From the IMG/VR virus record IMGVR_UViG_2695420705_000018: DNA of 5,498 nt. One strand, given 5' to 3'. The stretch comes from a virus (taxonomy: Duplodnaviria > Heunggongvirae > Uroviricota > Caudoviricetes). A model generated the notes under the pieces. That model searched no databases, was not told where the DNA came from, and saw only the letters and a program-made list of their open reading frames with translations. How positions within the stretch are numbered: the stretch's first letter is position 1; every line of letters begins with the position of its first letter. A program made the position numbers and the translations under genes. Positions 1 to 5,498 of the stretch are shown piece after piece.

Positions 1-166
1 TCCCCATAATGCGGCTGTTTTCTGCCGCAACCGCTGCGGTGATCTGCGCGTTCACGTCCGGCTGCGCCGCGCTGGCGTTCTCGCCCTCCGTCGCTGGCAC
101 CACGTCAGTAACGTCAGCCTGCGAAGCAGTGGCTGAAACAGTTGTTGATTGAGTCTCTTTGGTCAT
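1..166 (-). CDS. Nu3: Capsid scaffolding protein Nu3, nested in frame within C (internal start MTKETQ; first 55 codons in window); an alternative in-frame Met lies at 376..374
   Basis: Internal ATG at 166..164 is preceded by a strong SD (AGGAGGG, 176..170) inside the C frame; the translation MTKETQSTTVSATASQADVTDVVPATEGENASAAQPDVNAQITAAVAAENSRIMG matches what I recall of the lambda Nu3 N-terminus. Lambda Nu3 is known to be an in-frame internal initiation product of C. Confidence 0.6.
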   Translation of the reverse strand, partial: MTKETQSTTVSATASQADVTDVVPATEGENASAAQPDVNAQITAAVAAENSRIMG

Positions 167-1070
167 TCGCCCTCCTGAGAGACGGGATTTACGTGCATCC
201 AGTGCATCACGCATGACGGTGATCGCATCGGTGCTGTTAACAAGTTCATCAGCCAGTCCGGCATCAATGGCCTCCTGACCGCTGTACACTGCAGCCTCGG
301 TATCCAGCACAGCCTGCACGGACAGGCCGGTATATGCCGACACCTTCTGCGCAAACATCCGGCGGGTTGCGTCCATCCGGGACTGCAGTGTCTCCCGGAC
401 GTCATCCGGAAGATGGCTGTAGGGGTTGCCATCCACCTTATGGCTGCCGCTGTAAATCAGCGTGATTTCCACACCCTGTTTCTCCAGCGCAGCACCGTAA
501 TTACTGTGAGCCATCATGACGCCGATGGAGCCTGTCCGGGCGGTCTGCGTGACCAGACGCCGGGAGGCGGCACTGGCAAGCAACTGACCTGCACTGCAGT
601 TCATGTCGTTGGCAAGCGCCCATACCGGTTTTATGTCACGCACACGGGCGATGATGTCAGCGCAGTCAAATGCCCCCGCCACCATCCCGCCGGGCGTGTC
701 CATATCGAGCAGAATGCCGTCCACCATCGGATCGCTGGCAGCCTGTTGCAGACGGGCGATAATGCCGTTGTAACCGGTCATCCCCGAGTACGGCTGCAGC
801 GCCCGCGTCCGGCTGACCAGCGTGCCGGACACCGGCAGCACGGCGATGCCGTTCATGATCTGATAACTGCGGGCCTGTCGTGGTCCGTCATCATCACCGG
901 ATAATGCCAGCGTCGCGAGTGCCTCCTGGGCAGTCAGGCTGTCGCCGGACACCGCATCCGTCAGGCGGCTGATCCCAAGCTGGCCTGCAAGCGCACAAAA
1001 GAAAACCCGCGCATAGGCGGGTTCAAGCATCAGCGACTCATTAAAGGCCATGCTGGCAATATGCGGGAGA

Positions 1071-1090
<20 letters not shown>
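1..1090 (-). CDS. C: Prohead protease / minor capsid protein C (lambda gpC-like, S49 SppA-type peptidase); 5' end complete, 3' end runs off the window start (first 363 codons present)
   Basis: Minus-strand frame from GTG at 1090..1088 is open to position 1 and translates VTAELRNLPHIASMAFNE...NCSAGQLLASAAS...MTKETQSTTVSATASQ, matching my recollection of lambda gpC. A strong SD (GAGGAGG, 1103..1097) sits 6 nt upstream of the GTG. The 20-nt overlap with the portal gene end is the same as the lambda B/C arrangement. Not in the ORF track because its stop lies outside the window. Confidence 0.88.
170..176 (-). promoter_or_regulatory. Shine-Dalgarno sequence for the internal Nu3 start (AGGAGGG)
   Basis: Minus-strand sequence AGGAGGG-CGA-ATG read directly; embedded in the C reading frame. 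Confidence 0.55.
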
Positions 1091-4272
<3,182 letters not shown>

Positions 4273-4302
4273 GTAAGCGACTCGTCAGAACCGTATTGAT
4301 AT
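4273..4302. repeat. Presumed terminal inverted repeat (right end) of the IS66-family element; inner boundary approximate
   Basis: 30-bp non-coding segment between the IS terminus (GTAAGCGACTCGTCAGAACCGTATTGATAT read from the outside in) and the tnpC stop. The partner repeat is outside the window, so the extent cannot be confirmed. Confidence 0.5.
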
Positions 4303-5498
4303 TTACTGAGAGCTCAGATCAACTTTCCAGGGCAACAGATCGCGTACCCGGTTTGCCGGCCAGTCCTGGATATGTTCAATGACGTAACGCAGCCACTTTT
4401 CTGGCTCCACATTGTTCAGACGGCATGTGCCGATCAGCGAGTACAACACCGCCGCATGTTCACCACCGCTGTCGGAACCCGCGAACATCCAGTTTTTCCG
4501 GCCTACGGCCACTCCCCGTAAGGCGTTCTCTGCGATGTTGTTGTCGATTTCCACCCAGCCATTACTGCAGTACACGTTCAGTGCATCCCACTGTTTCAGC
4601 AGGTATGCGAACGCTTTTGCCGTATCTGAGTGACGCGACAGTGTTTTCATCTGTTGCTGTATCCAGTCATACAGTGACTGCATCAGTGGCGCGGCTCTGG
4701 CTTTTCTTGCCGCCAGACGCTGTTCTGCTGAACAGCCCCGGACCTCTGCCTCGATGGCATACAGTTCACCGATACGCTGCAGGGCTTCCGTGGTGATGTA
4801 GGTGGGCGCTCTTGCATGCACATCGTGGATTTTTCTCCGGGCATGAGCCATACACGCGACTTCCGTTATTCTGCCGGATTCGTATAACGCCCGGTAACCA
4901 CCGTAAGCATCGGCCTGAAGCACACCGCTGTAACCGGCCAGGTGATTTTGTGGATGGATACCTTTCCGGTCCGGACTGTACGCGAACCAGACCGCCGGGG
5001 GCATCTGTGAACCGGCGTTACGGTCATCACGGACGTAGACCCACAGCCGGGCTGTCCGGGTTTTACCGCTGCCCGGCTCCTGGACCGGGACGGGGATATC
5101 ATCAGCATGGACTTTACCGGGCATCAGCACATACTGGCGCAGGACGTCATACAGCGGCTCCAGCAGTTCAGCAACAGCACCTGTCCAGCGCCCCAGTGTG
5201 GCACGGCTCAGCTCCACTCCCTGACGACGGTATATTTCTGACTGGCGGTATAACGGCAGATGGTCTGCATATTTCCCGGTGACAACATGGGCCAGAAGCC
5301 CCGCTCCGGCATAACTGCGTGCAATGGGTTTTGAAGGTACTGGTGCCTGCACGATATGGTCGCACCGGCAACAGGCCTGTTTCGGACGTTGTGTTTCGAT
5401 AACCTTAAAGGCGCTGCTGATAAGCTCCAGTTGCTCTGACACATCACATCCCAGAGAACTGAGTTCACCACCACAGGCAGGACAGCATTCCTCTTCCG
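4303..5498 (-). CDS. tnpC: IS66-family transposase TnpC, C-terminal ~398 codons; N-terminus beyond the window
   Basis: Minus-strand frame is open from the window edge to TAA at 4305..4303. Translation ...[47 protein letters not shown]... carries the paired CxxC zinc-binding motif, followed by a core ([28 protein letters not shown]...[14 protein letters not shown]...[47 protein letters not shown]) typical of IS66/ISEc8-type TnpC. The GTG at 5442 used by the ORF track is probably not the true start. Confidence 0.9.
   Translation of the reverse strand, partial: EEECCPACGGELSSLGCDVSEQLELISSAFKVIETQRPKQACCRCDHIVQAPVPSKPIARSYAGAGLLAHVVTGKYADHLPLYRQSEIYRRQGVELSRATLGRWTGAVAELLEPLYDVLRQYVLMPGKVHADDIPVPVQEPGSGKTRTARLWVYVRDDRNAGSQMPPAVWFAYSPDRKGIHPQNHLAGYSGVLQADAYGGYRALYESGRITEVACMAHARRKIHDVHARAPTYITTEALQRIGELYAIEAEVRGCSAEQRLAARKARAAPLMQSLYDWIQQQMKTLSRHSDTAKAFAYLLKQWDALNVYCSNGWVEIDNNIAENALRGVAVGRKNWMFAGSDSGGEHAAVLYSLIGTCRLNNVEPEKWLRYVIEHIQDWPANRVRDLLPWKVDLSSQ

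Larger units (their letters stand above)
4273..5498 (-). mobile_element. IS66-family insertion sequence, right-hand (tnpC-proximal) ~1.2 kb; the rest lies beyond the window end
   Basis: The phage gene frame breaks exactly where the sequence becomes GTAAGCGA (4273..4280); IS66-family termini characteristically begin 5'-GTAAGCG. An IS66-type TnpC transposase gene lies immediately inside and ends 30 bp from this terminus. Confidence 0.85.

Noticed and set aside
163-432. Minus-strand 89-aa ORF
   Set aside because: Out-of-frame overlap inside gene C; the real coding frame here is the C/Nu3 frame.
413-904. Plus-strand 163-aa ORF
   Set aside because: Antisense to the well-supported gpC frame; low-complexity Arg/Gly/His-rich translation typical of a GC-rich antisense frame; no RBS context.
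4412-5474. ORFs 4412..4633+, 4425..4796+, 4812..5282+, 4866..5108-, 5168..5371- and 5208..5474- inside the IS
   Set aside because: Antisense or off-frame within tnpC; no independent support.

Overview
This window is the head-morphogenesis segment of a lambda-like (apparently near-lambda) prophage, with all genes on the minus strand, interrupted at its right end by an IS66-family insertion sequence. From right to left: the 3' part of an IS66-family element (tnpC transposase C-terminal ~398 codons, IS terminus GTAAGCG at 4273); the 3' 466 codons of the terminase large subunit (gpA-like), whose 5' end is cut off by the IS; the small head-tail joining protein gpW; the portal protein gpB; and the first 363 codons of the prohead protease gpC, with the nested in-frame scaffold gene Nu3. 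Gene junctions show the compact overlaps typical of lambda (ATGA at A/W and W/B, 20-nt B/C overlap). I find no evidence of a novel defence or other undescribed system here. The most notable feature is the IS insertion that should make this prophage packaging-defective. All plus-strand ORFs in the track are antisense to these genes and are judged spurious. Identifications rest on my reading of the translated ORFs against recalled lambda and IS66 protein sequences; no database search was run.
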